From: a virus
Virus record (IMG/VR): IMGVR_UViG_3300033516_000134
Coordinates: 1-37,299 of that record
DNA length: 37,299 nucleotides
Reading direction: 5' to 3' (one strand)
Shown here piece by piece: positions 8,365 through 16,873 of the stretch. The notes beneath the pieces were generated by a model. It did not search any database and was not told the DNA's origin. It worked only from the letters and a program-made list of their open reading frames with translations. Each line of letters starts with the position of its first letter. Position 1 is the first letter of the stretch. Made by a program: the position numbers and the translations under genes.

Positions 8365-8772
8365 TCAGGTGGTCACAATGCAGGTGAATCGCTGCACAGT
8401 GTGGTGAGTTAGTCCGTCCGGTTCGGTGAAGCTACCGTGAAAATCGTGCCGCAACAGCAGCGATTGCCCACTGGTCATCCCGGTGAACGGAGCGAGGTGG
8501 AGCAGCGCATCGACCCGATCGGCAATGGTCTGCGCTTGCTTGTCGCCTCGGTGATCGGTCCAGGTATCAACGACCAGAGCGCCGCTGAACCCGGCAGAGT
8601 CCTTGGTATCCCACTCATCGCTGGTTTCCCAACGGACCCGCACGGCAGGCAGCGGTTCGTCCTGCGGCAGATGGTTGAACACCCTGCCGCCGACCAGCGC
8701 CGACAGAGGCGCGTCCTGGCTCAACCGCTCCCAGGCGACCTTGGTAATTTCGGCATGGCTCGGGCTGGTCAT
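8365..8772 (-). CDS. Tail terminator / completion protein (DUF3168-like, GTA g8-like)
   Basis: 135 aa. LSALVGGRVFNHLPQDEPLPAVRV resembles the DUF3168 N-terminus; lies directly upstream of the tube gene. Confidence 0.65.
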   Translation of the reverse strand: MTSPSHAEITKVAWERLSQDAPLSALVGGRVFNHLPQDEPLPAVRVRWETSDEWDTKDSAGFSGALVVDTWTDHRGDKQAQTIADRVDALLHLAPFTGMTSGQSLLLRHDFHGSFTEPDGLTHHTVQRFTCIVTT

Positions 8773-9227
8773 GGCGAGCCTCCGTCGAACGCCTTGTCCA
8801 GTTCTTCCTTGATGATGGCAGCGGCGCGGACCCTGGTCGCCTCCATCGCTGGCCGAAGGAACGGGCGTGCTTCGATGACGGTACCGCGACCGCGACCGGC
8901 GCGGAGGGTGCCGAACTCTAGTGCCGCAGCGTAGTCGGTGCGCGCCTGGACATAGGCGACCGCCTCGACCGCTGGCGCTGCAGCGACTACCGATATGGAC
9001 CGCGCGAGGTTGCCAGTGTCGTTGGCTGGCGACTGGCCGGGTGCCGATGCTCGGTGCTTGCCATACCGGCGACCGGACTTCGGACCCTTCATCACCCGCC
9101 TGCGCGCATCGCCTTGCACCAGCATGGCGGCGCGCGTGGTCCCACGGGCGACCGCCTTCCCGGTCTTCTGCTTGAGGCGATCGAACGAAGCGATCAGTTC
9201 TTTCGTCCCGGTGACGCGCACGGTCAT
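8769..9227 (-). CDS. HK97 gp10-family head-tail joining protein
   Basis: 152 aa with the motif GRRYGKHRASAPGQSPANDTGNLARSI characteristic of the HK97 gp10 family; 4-nt overlaps on both sides. Confidence 0.7.
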   Translation of the reverse strand: MTVRVTGTKELIASFDRLKQKTGKAVARGTTRAAMLVQGDARRRVMKGPKSGRRYGKHRASAPGQSPANDTGNLARSISVVAAAPAVEAVAYVQARTDYAAALEFGTLRAGRGRGTVIEARPFLRPAMEATRVRAAAIIKEELDKAFDGGSP

Positions 9228-9577
9228 TGCTCCACCCCCGCTTCAGCGATCAGGCGCAGGAACTTGTTGCGCGACAGCACATTCTCGACACCCCTGATGT
9301 TCCAGAGCGTCCCGTTCCATGACAGGCGATCCTCGACCGTGATGTCGGTGCGCCGCCATGTCGTAAATTCCCACCGCTCGAAGGTGCGGATGCGGCCGAG
9401 CGCACCATCAGCAAACCGTTCATCGCTGGCCTTGTTCTCCACGAAGCAATAGATGGTGGCGAAGTCGGCCCAGGTCTTGTCCTGACCGCCGCTGCCATCT
9501 GGCGTATAAGTCACCCGCTGGACAACCACGGGTTGCCGCAGATCACCTGCCGTGTAATCGTCGGTGCGCTTCCTCAC
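9224..9577 (-). CDS. Head closure / head-tail adaptor (SPP1 gp16-like)
   Basis: 117 aa. DLRQPVVVQR...PDGSGGQ...W...IYCFVE...TVEDRLSWNGTLWNI fits the head-tail joining family pattern. Confidence 0.75.
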   Translation of the reverse strand: MRKRTDDYTAGDLRQPVVVQRVTYTPDGSGGQDKTWADFATIYCFVENKASDERFADGALGRIRTFERWEFTTWRRTDITVEDRLSWNGTLWNIRGVENVLSRNKFLRLIAEAGVEQ

Positions 9578-10305
9578 AGGGTCGAAACCCGCAGGATGCG
9601 GTACGGGTCGAGGGCTGCGCGGATCGAAGGCAGCGCCAGCACATCAGGCTGCGCGTCCGCATTGTCGCCCCGGTTCGACCAGAGCGCCGCAGCGATGAGC
9701 ATGACGCCATGCCGCAGGCTGGCAGGGACAGCAGATGCCGCCGCGCCATAGCCAAGGGTGTAGTCCGCTCTGATCGACTTGGCGACCCGCAGCGTGGTCG
9801 GCCATGTCGCGCCACGCTGAAGGATCACGCGCGCCGGTTGGTCAGGGTCTTCACGGTCAATCAGGTAAAGACCGGTGTCCATCACCGACTCGCTGCCATC
9901 ATCAGCGATGCTGGTCACGCTGGCGAAGGCAGTCACCGGAAGCCCGAGCAGATCGAACCAGCGGAACTGCCCCATGTTCGCGTAAGCGACCGGCGCTTGC
10001 GTCACCCCGGCACCCCAGGAAGTGAAGTCATTGCCGGTGCCTGGGATGCAGTCGAGCCACATGCGGACGGTGCGCTGGATCAGGCGGCGCGACAGATAGT
10101 TCTCGACCATTTCGGTCGCTGCTTCGATGAGCGTGGACAGGTAGGAATCCTCGGTCGCATGCGTCACCCGCAGGTGCGCCTTCAGGACTGCCAGATCAAG
10201 CGGCAGAGCGGCAGGACCACTGACGGTCTGCAGGCGCTTGAAGACGGCGCGCGGCACCGTCCAGCCACCGAGAGGAACGGAGGATGGGTAGATGCCTGCC
10301 GACAT
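9574..10305 (-). CDS. Head-tail connector (gp6-like)
   Basis: 243 aa. LDLAVLKAHLRVTHATEDSYLSTLIEAATEMVENYLSRRLIQRT is the classic gp6-like connector motif. Confidence 0.75.
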   Translation of the reverse strand: MSAGIYPSSVPLGGWTVPRAVFKRLQTVSGPAALPLDLAVLKAHLRVTHATEDSYLSTLIEAATEMVENYLSRRLIQRTVRMWLDCIPGTGNDFTSWGAGVTQAPVAYANMGQFRWFDLLGLPVTAFASVTSIADDGSESVMDTGLYLIDREDPDQPARVILQRGATWPTTLRVAKSIRADYTLGYGAAASAVPASLRHGVMLIAAALWSNRGDNADAQPDVLALPSIRAALDPYRILRVSTL

Positions 10306-10601
10306 TAGATCCTCCGCTCTGAACGCTTCAGCCCGATCTTATCGCAGAGCGCGACCAGCGCCTCGCCTGGACCGAAAACCCCACGCTGGATGGCCGAGGT
10401 CACGGCGAGCTTCAGCGCATCGGCAACCCACTTGTTCGGGACTGCGATCGGTCCCGACAGGTCGGAATCACGCAGCCACTTCAGCGCATCGGTCCCGTCA
10501 CCGATCAGGTCGAGGGCGGTGGCCCAGCCCGGCGAACGCAGAGCGATCACCAGCGCCTCTCTGTCATCTGTGGTGATGGTGATGGTTTGGGGTTCCGACA
10601 T
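10305..10601 (-). CDS. Hypothetical protein
   Basis: 98-aa ORF with host-like codon bias, 1-nt overlap with the connector gene; no recognisable motif. Confidence 0.6.
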   Translation of the reverse strand: MSEPQTITITTDDREALVIALRSPGWATALDLIGDGTDALKWLRDSDLSGPIAVPNKWVADALKLAVTSAIQRGVFGPGEALVALCDKIGLKRSERRI

Positions 10602-10664
10602 GGTTGCTTCCTCCTACGGAGCGGCGTTGTTCTATCCTGCTCGCGCATCCCGACAACCGGCAGG

Positions 10665-11000
10665 TTAGACCGCAGACTGCGCGGCTGCTGCCGCTGCTGC
10701 CGCTGCAGCCGCTGCCCGCTCGGCTGCGACATCCGCCTGCTCCAGCGCATCGACCGCCGCCTGGATTGGCGCGAGCAGCGGCAGCAAGGCGGCATCGCAA
10801 ACCGGCGAGCCATCGGGCAGGAAAGCGATGTCGCGGTTGATGGTGCGAGTGACCGACCGCGCCACGATGCTGCCGGTGTCGGTCATTTCCTCGACCTGCT
10901 CGCGCACTATGCGGATGCGATAGCGTTCAGGGTCGTCCAGGTCGAGCGTGATGCGACGGGTGCGCGGACGAGGATCAGCGATGGTGATAGTCTTAGGCAC
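10665..11000 (-). CDS. Hypothetical protein with C-terminal poly-Ala tract
   Basis: 111-aa ORF following the 944-aa gene. Twelve consecutive Ala codons at 10680-10715. Confidence 0.6.
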   Translation of the reverse strand: MPKTITIADPRPRTRRITLDLDDPERYRIRIVREQVEEMTDTGSIVARSVTRTINRDIAFLPDGSPVCDAALLPLLAPIQAAVDALEQADVAAERAAAAAAAAAAAAQSAV

Positions 11001-11009
11001 TGGATGTTC

Positions 11010-13844
11010 CTATGCTGGTTCGATGATGAGCCACGCGACATCGACTGTCGATGATCCGGTGACGGTGATGCTGAAACTTGTTCCAGGGATGCGGCTGGTT
11101 ACTTCTGCTGCGGTCGCGGTGCCGCCGTTAGCCTGAACGCATAGGAAGATGCGCGAGTTGGCGGTCACCTTGGTCGTGCTGACGGTCGCTGATCCACCGC
11201 TGGTTGCGACAAGCCCCATCGTGGCATCGCTACCCTCCGCAACCTTCACACCCTTGCCTGCGGTGCCGCACACAATGTCCCCACCAAACCACGACTCACC
11301 GCCGATCACTCTGATCGCCTGATTGCGTGTGCTTCCTCTGGTTGGTTCTTCGATGACGATTCCATAGTGATTCGTTATCGACACGCCGGATGCGAGCGGA
11401 GGCAGGTTGGCGATGTATCCGCCATAGTAGTTGGTCAGCGCGAGCGCACCGCCTGCCCCGAGTGCCTGACCAAGATCGCCCTTTTCGTACCAGCCAGCAA
11501 CTCCAGTGACTATGCGCGATGTGACTAATGCCGAGTTGCTGCGCAGGTTTGTGCGGTTAGCAGACAACGCGACGATTGCAGTCTTGTCGCCGGTGATGTT
11601 CTGGACGCTTGGCTGGTTGAGGATGCTAGCGCATTCAGCGGTGGTCGATGCGCCGCCTGTAAGCTGCCCAAATGTCCTGACTGCTGCTCCAAGATCATTG
11701 CTGATGCTGCGGTACACATCGGCACCGCCATTCGCGGCAACGGTCGGGGCGAATGTGATTGAATTCTGCTGAACCGTAACTAGCGCAGTACCGGCGATGG
11801 TGATAGTGAACGATGTGGATATCAGGCGCGATGAGGCAAACGCTGTGTTGATCGCGCTGCCGCTGGTCCCTGCCGCATATGCGCGATGCTCTACCGCTCC
11901 ACCTGCCGCACTCCCCGTTCCGCGACCGGCATAGATGATGAGGTCAGCGCCAGCGATGTTGGTTCCGGTTGCGTCCGTGGTCTGGAAAGTGAAAGCGGCA
12001 GGAGTGGCGCTGGTCGGTCCGCTGCCAACAATCATCTGCGTGTACCCATCACCTGCGCCACCGATCACAATCTGGTTCGTAGCGGTGGTCCATGAGTCAG
12101 TGCCGAGTACAAGGCAGTCCAGATGATCGGCAACGCTGGACCAGCCAATAACGATGGAGTCCTCAACCGGAACCGAAACATGACCACCGATGCCGATTCC
12201 GCGACCGACACCTGAACTCACCGATGCGCCGCGACCGATGGCGATGGTGTCGTTTGATCTTGATGCCGCGCCTTGCCCAACTGCGATTGAACCGGACCCG
12301 CTGGCGATGACCGAGCCTCCGATGCCGACCACATTAGTAGCCGACTCACAGTTGGCGTTGTTTCCAATAAGCACGCCAGCGCCGGTCTTCGCAACACCGC
12401 CAGGTCTTCCTGCCCTGTACCCGATGGCTATCATATTGGCAGATTGCGAGTATGCCTCGCTTCCGATGACAACGCATCTGTTCGCATTGCCCGATGCTAA
12501 CCCTCCAATCGCAACGCTTTCCTCCCCTGCGCCTGCGGTGTCTCCAATCGCAACGCCAAAGGCACCATCGACGCCGCTGTCAGCGCCGATGCTGACCGCT
12601 CCATCACCTGCGACGAACACATGGGCATCTGATCCGATAGCGATGGAGTCTTGACCATCCGCACCGATGTTGTCTCCAATGGCAATGCTGTTTGATCCAG
12701 TTGCGTTGGCTTGGTATCCAAGCGCGACAGCGTTATTACCTGTCGCATATGACGATGCTCCAACCACGATGCTTCCGCCTGCCGTCGCCTCACTCGCACC
12801 GCCAACGCAGATTGATTGTGCTCCAACCGCCTCGGCAAAACATCCGACCGCAATACTCAGGTCCGAGGATGAAACGGCACTATCGCCAACCGCAACAGAC
12901 TGCGTTCCGTTGGAGACCACATTGTTGCCGATGCCGACCACGAACGCAGCCGAACCAGGGTCAGCGTTTGAGCCAACAAGCACGCCTCCGCCAACCCGAG
13001 TCACGCCGCCTGGGCGACCAGCACGATAGCCAATGGCTATGCCTGTTCCGGTTGCCTCCTGACCCACAGCAACGGCATAGTCTGAAGTTGCTGAGGCTGA
13101 CCGACCCACGACCACTACACCGCTGGCCGATGCCGTCACGCCGAACCCGATGGCGGTGACATAGGTCGCACCGTAGCTGCCGACCACACCGGTGGCGCTG
13201 CCGAGCAAGATGCCGTTCTGAAGGTTGATCGTGGATGCGCCGCCGCGCACGATGCAGATGCCGTTGTTGCCGAGTATGCCTGTGCGATCACTCGCCAGGA
13301 TCAGCATGCCGTTGGAGCCAGATGCGGTGCCGGTTGCCCGACCAAACACTGCGTTGGCACCACCAACCGATCCGTGAACCAGCAGATCAGCGCCAACCGC
13401 CACGGTGCGCGACAGGTCGGAGCCGACAGGCGCAAAGGTGATCGACGCGCCAACAGCAACCGCCTGCGTTCCAGGCACCGAGCCAAAGTGACCTGGGCCT
13501 GCGACAAATGAGTTGTCAATCTTGGCAGGATCTGGTGAGGCTCGCAAAGATCCAACCACACGCAGCGCCGAGGCATCCCAGGTCAGGTTTGCGTCTGCTG
13601 TGATGCTGTCGGTGCTGGCCCAGAACGCGACCGCAGATGCGATGCCACTGCCGCGACCTTCGACACGGGTGCCGAGGTCGGCAACGATGCCGCTGATGCC
13701 AAGGTCGGCGTATGCCTGCGCGACCACATCGGACCAGAGGATATGGCGCGAGCCTGTCGGGCTGGTGTCGATGACGGCATACAGCAGAGCGCCGCCAGCG
13801 AGCGTGGCGACTGAAGTAAGCGCCGAAACCTTGATGCCTGCCAT
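11010..13844 (-). CDS. Large fibre protein with Gly-rich adhesin-like (YadA-head / beta-roll type) repeats
   Basis: 944 aa. The central ~450 aa is made of degenerate SIAVG / AVALG / SIAIG units. There is an internal duplication (IAIGYRAGRPGGV... at aa 269 and aa 472). No signal peptide or membrane anchor. The C-terminal ~100 aa are beta-rich. Confidence 0.6.
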   Translation of the reverse strand: MAGIKVSALTSVATLAGGALLYAVIDTSPTGSRHILWSDVVAQAYADLGISGIVADLGTRVEGRGSGIASAVAFWASTDSITADANLTWDASALRVVGSLRASPDPAKIDNSFVAGPGHFGSVPGTQAVAVGASITFAPVGSDLSRTVAVGADLLVHGSVGGANAVFGRATGTASGSNGMLILASDRTGILGNNGICIVRGGASTINLQNGILLGSATGVVGSYGATYVTAIGFGVTASASGVVVVGRSASATSDYAVAVGQEATGTGIAIGYRAGRPGGVTRVGGGVLVGSNADPGSAAFVVGIGNNVVSNGTQSVAVGDSAVSSSDLSIAVGCFAEAVGAQSICVGGASEATAGGSIVVGASSYATGNNAVALGYQANATGSNSIAIGDNIGADGQDSIAIGSDAHVFVAGDGAVSIGADSGVDGAFGVAIGDTAGAGEESVAIGGLASGNANRCVVIGSEAYSQSANMIAIGYRAGRPGGVAKTGAGVLIGNNANCESATNVVGIGGSVIASGSGSIAVGQGAASRSNDTIAIGRGASVSSGVGRGIGIGGHVSVPVEDSIVIGWSSVADHLDCLVLGTDSWTTATNQIVIGGAGDGYTQMIVGSGPTSATPAAFTFQTTDATGTNIAGADLIIYAGRGTGSAAGGAVEHRAYAAGTSGSAINTAFASSRLISTSFTITIAGTALVTVQQNSITFAPTVAANGGADVYRSISNDLGAAVRTFGQLTGGASTTAECASILNQPSVQNITGDKTAIVALSANRTNLRSNSALVTSRIVTGVAGWYEKGDLGQALGAGGALALTNYYGGYIANLPPLASGVSITNHYGIVIEEPTRGSTRNQAIRVIGGESWFGGDIVCGTAGKGVKVAEGSDATMGLVATSGGSATVSTTKVTANSRIFLCVQANGGTATAAEVTSRIPGTSFSITVTGSSTVDVAWLIIEPA

Positions 13845-13847
13845 GAT

Positions 13848-14327
13848 TTATCCCTCGACCTGTAGGTTGTCCGCGCCGCTTTCCACCAAGATCAGCAACC
13901 CGCCCTCGGTGATCAGATCCACGGACTCAACGAAGTCGAGCGCCGCAGCCGATTGGAACGCCACTTCGTATCGCTCGCCGTCATTATGTTCGCCGCTGCG
14001 GGTCAGAGCGACTATCTGGTACGCGCCTTCGGCCAGGATGTCCGCGCCGCTTTCCACGCGCACCTGCAGCGGATCACCTGTGAAGCTGGCCGAGCATATG
14101 GCGTTCCAGACCGAGCGGGTCAGATCATCGCGCATCACCCCGGCAGCGAAAGACTCGGCAAAGCGAACACCGCAGCGGGTGAGTTCCCGCCACGGTGATG
14201 CTTTGCCCGAGGACTCGACTTCCTCGTTCTGGATGATGAGTCTGGTCGAACGCTCACCGGGCAGGTTCTCCCATTGCCCGGCGATGAAGACCAGAACGCG
14301 AAAGTCCCGCCCGGCGCGTGACGCCAT
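13848..14327 (-). CDS. Second tail-tube-fold protein (paralogue of the major tail protein)
   Basis: 159 aa, alignable by eye with 7929..8342: GRDFRV/GKDFLI, ERSTRLIIQNEEVE/MRSTSMTINNEQVD, SPWRELTRCGVR/TPWRQLLACGIR, GERYEVAFQSAAAL/AEQYTLSLASAGAV. It has an extra 30-aa acidic tail. Confidence 0.6.
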   Translation of the reverse strand: MASRAGRDFRVLVFIAGQWENLPGERSTRLIIQNEEVESSGKASPWRELTRCGVRFAESFAAGVMRDDLTRSVWNAICSASFTGDPLQVRVESGADILAEGAYQIVALTRSGEHNDGERYEVAFQSAAALDFVESVDLITEGGLLILVESGADNLQVEG

Positions 14328-14344
14328 GCGAGCCTCGACCTAGA

Positions 14345-14731
14345 TCAGATCGGGTTCGTGACCGGACGCTGCGCCGGGTAGCCGAGCGAGGCGGTGACGG
14401 TCAGGATGGTGCTGGCCGAGAGGACCGTGACCACACGGGCGTACCGCTTCGCGCCGATATAGGCGATGCGGCGCGTGGTGCTGACGGCATGCGCGCCGCC
14501 ATCGTTGATGACCGCAGCGGCAGCGGCAGCAGCCCACGCCGAGTTGTCATCGGATTCCTCGACCGTGATGCTGGTGGGTTCCGGTGCGGTCGCGCCGAAG
14601 TGCAGGTTGAAGGTGGCCGAGTCGTACCCCGACAGATCGACCGAGGCGCTGGTGATGGTGCCGGTGGCAGCGGCGGAAAGGCCAGCCAGAGCGATCGAAC
14701 GCTCGTTGTGCATCGTTTCGCGGTTGGGCAT
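14345..14731 (-). CDS. Hypothetical protein, possible capsid accessory / decoration protein
   Basis: 128-aa beta-rich ORF, first gene after the capsid gene, with AAGGGA ribosome-binding site upstream of the ATG. Function is suggested by position only. Confidence 0.5.
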   Translation of the reverse strand: MPNRETMHNERSIALAGLSAAATGTITSASVDLSGYDSATFNLHFGATAPEPTSITVEESDDNSAWAAAAAAAVINDGGAHAVSTTRRIAYIGAKRYARVVTVLSASTILTVTASLGYPAQRPVTNPI

Positions 14732-14800
14732 TGGAAGAATCCCTTGTGGGTTGGTTCGGTAGCACGCCTCTTGCGGAGCATGCCGGGTGATAGCGACACC

Positions 14801-14833
14801 GAACCCCAGGCACCACCATGATGCCTGGGGTTC
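14801..14833 (-). terminator. Strong GC-rich stem-loop just downstream of the major capsid gene
   Basis: gaaccccaggca (14801-14812) pairs perfectly with tgcctggggttc (14822-14833) around a 9-nt loop. It lies 26 nt after the capsid stop codon and has no U-tract. Confidence 0.4.
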
Positions 14834-14858
14834 GACTAGATCGCTGGCGAGCCAGTGA

Positions 14859-16103
14859 TCAGGCGGCGCACTTCAGGAGCTTGATCGCCTCGAAGTTGAC
14901 CACATCACCGCCCGTGCGCTTCACCCCGTAGAACAGGACGAAGGGCTTGGCGCTGAACGGGTCGCGGAGGATGCGGATACCCTGGCGATCGACAATCTGG
15001 TACGCTTCGCGCCAGTTGGCGAAGGCGACCGGGAAGGCGTTCGCGCCGATGAGCGGCATGTCATTGAACTCGGCAATGGCGTAGCCGAGCAGGGTCGAGG
15101 GCTGACCGCCCAGACCGGGTTGCCACAGGTAGTTGCCCAGGTTGTCGCGCAGGCGGCGCACGCGAGCGAAGGTGCTGCGGTGCATGGCGAAGGCGGTGCC
15201 GGGAATGTCGCGGTACTGCGACTTCAGGCTGAACACCAGATTGATCAGCGAGTCGGCCTGCGCCGGGTCGGTGCCAGAGGCAGGGACCGGAGCGAAGTCG
15301 GCGGCAGCGCCGGTCTTGGTGAACCCGATCTGCTTCAGAGCGAAGTAGTTCAGGCTGCTGTCATCAGCGACAGCGGTGTAGTTCATGAAGCCCTTCGGCT
15401 GGGTGACGCCGTTGCCATTGACGAAGGCGGCGTTTTCCAGGCGCGCGAACTTGTCGGCCATCTTGGTCGAAAGCCAGCCCTCGGCATCCCACGCCGCATC
15501 GTCCAGCAATTTCTGGGTGGCGGCAGGCTGGGCATAGACCTCATGCGTCGGGATGCGCCACATGCCGAGCTTGGCGTTGCCGGTCTGCGCACGCGCCGTG
15601 CTTTCGCCAACCCAGCCAGCCGACGCCTCGTCGGAATCGACCGGGCCTTCGAGCGCATCGGTGCTGATGGTCTGCACATTGGCGAACTGGCGAATGGGCG
15701 AAGTCTCGAAGATCCGCTTGACCATGCGACCGCTCATGTCGGCGTGGACCATGTAGCCACCCTGCGTGTCATCGGCCACCTGCAGCGCCTTGCGCTCCAG
15801 TTCGGGCAGACCGGCGTCGATGCCCTTGCGGACATAGTTCAGGAACGCCGCCTTGTGCTGCGCGACTTCCTCGCGCTCCGCAGGCTTGCCGTCCGCGCCG
15901 AGGACCGGGCTGCGCTTGAAAGCGGTTTCCAGTTTGTTCAGGCGGTCGGTCTTTTCGTCGATGCTGGTGTTGATCGCAGCCAGCTTGGACTCGAAGTCAG
16001 CGACGGACTTGCCGTCAGCCTTCGCCTTCAACTGCTCGGTGTGGGTTTTCTTGAAGTCGGCCCAGTCCTTCTGGATGCCGTCGATCAGTTCCTTGACTTC
16101 CAT
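14859..16103 (-). CDS. Major capsid protein, HK97 family
   Basis: 414 aa with an N-terminal coiled delta-like domain (MEVKELIDGIQKDWADFKKTHTEQLKAK...) followed by an HK97-type body; directly follows the prohead protease. Confidence 0.9.
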   Translation of the reverse strand: MEVKELIDGIQKDWADFKKTHTEQLKAKADGKSVADFESKLAAINTSIDEKTDRLNKLETAFKRSPVLGADGKPAEREEVAQHKAAFLNYVRKGIDAGLPELERKALQVADDTQGGYMVHADMSGRMVKRIFETSPIRQFANVQTISTDALEGPVDSDEASAGWVGESTARAQTGNAKLGMWRIPTHEVYAQPAATQKLLDDAAWDAEGWLSTKMADKFARLENAAFVNGNGVTQPKGFMNYTAVADDSSLNYFALKQIGFTKTGAAADFAPVPASGTDPAQADSLINLVFSLKSQYRDIPGTAFAMHRSTFARVRRLRDNLGNYLWQPGLGGQPSTLLGYAIAEFNDMPLIGANAFPVAFANWREAYQIVDRQGIRILRDPFSAKPFVLFYGVKRTGGDVVNFEAIKLLKCAA

Positions 16104-16142
16104 GATGCTCTGCTCCCGGTGGGGGTTGATGGTTTGCGCGGG

Positions 16143-16829
16143 TCAATCGTCGTGCGATTCGCCACGCAGGATGGCACGAAGACGAAGCAGGTCGCGCATG
16201 TCGGCGGCTGCATCCTTCGGAGGATCATAGGTCGCAGCGAGGCGAGCGAACCCGCCTGCAAGCAGCGCCTTCGCCTGATGCTCGGTCATGCCAGCGTCGG
16301 TCAGAGCGCGCAACAGGTGCGCCTCGGACGGAGCGGCATCGTCGGTCATTAGCGACTTCATCATGGTCACGATCGCCTTCGGGTTCATCCCGTAGCCGAC
16401 CACGCTGACTTCGAACAGGTCCACTTCCTCCAAGGAACGGACCTGTTTCTTTTCATCGTAGCTCCACCGCTTCGCAGCGTAGCCGATGCTCAAGCCCTTC
16501 GGCCCGGTGCCGCGCATCATGTTGCACGCCTTGCGGGACGCCTCGGTTTCGGCATCGCCAGTCCATAGCTGACCCTCGACCACCAGACCACGCGCGTCCT
16601 CGCGCATTTCGATCCAGTCGCCAATAGGTTCGCTGCGATCGTGCATCCAGCAGAGCGCAGGCAGGGTGCTGGTCTTCGCGTGCGCTTCCAGGGACTTGCC
16701 GAAGCAGCCCTTCACGCAGACATCCTTGCCCAGATCCACATTGCCGAAAGTGCTGCCGTAGCCCTTGAAGCGACCCGGCTGGGACGCATCCATCTTCACT
16801 TCGCAGAGCGGAGCGCAGAGGGTGAGCAT
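16143..16829 (-). CDS. Prohead protease, HK97 family
   Basis: 228 aa with motifs EVK...GRFKGYGSTFGNVDLGKD, WMHDRSEPIG and GLSIGY typical of HK97-type maturation proteases. Confidence 0.85.
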   Translation of the reverse strand: MLTLCAPLCEVKMDASQPGRFKGYGSTFGNVDLGKDVCVKGCFGKSLEAHAKTSTLPALCWMHDRSEPIGDWIEMREDARGLVVEGQLWTGDAETEASRKACNMMRGTGPKGLSIGYAAKRWSYDEKKQVRSLEEVDLFEVSVVGYGMNPKAIVTMMKSLMTDDAAPSEAHLLRALTDAGMTEHQAKALLAGGFARLAATYDPPKDAAADMRDLLRLRAILRGESHDD

Positions 16830-16873
16830 GCGCGTTTGTAATGACTGCCGTTGCGGACGCTAGTGGGAACTGT

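Noticed and set aside
10680-10715. (GCN)12 poly-Ala codon run, and the (CCGCAGCAG)x3.7 tandem repeat at 28974-29006 in erf, considered as contingency or phase-variation repeats
   Set aside because: Both are in-frame triplet-multiple units, so length changes would not shift the frame. They encode ordinary low-complexity linkers (poly-Ala, PQQ) common in GC-rich genomes.
11010-13844. 944-aa repeat protein considered as a bacterial trimeric autotransporter adhesin, which would imply that the contig is partly host DNA
   Set aside because: It has no signal peptide and no C-terminal beta-barrel anchor. It is embedded and translationally coupled within the phage structural operon of a closed circular genome.
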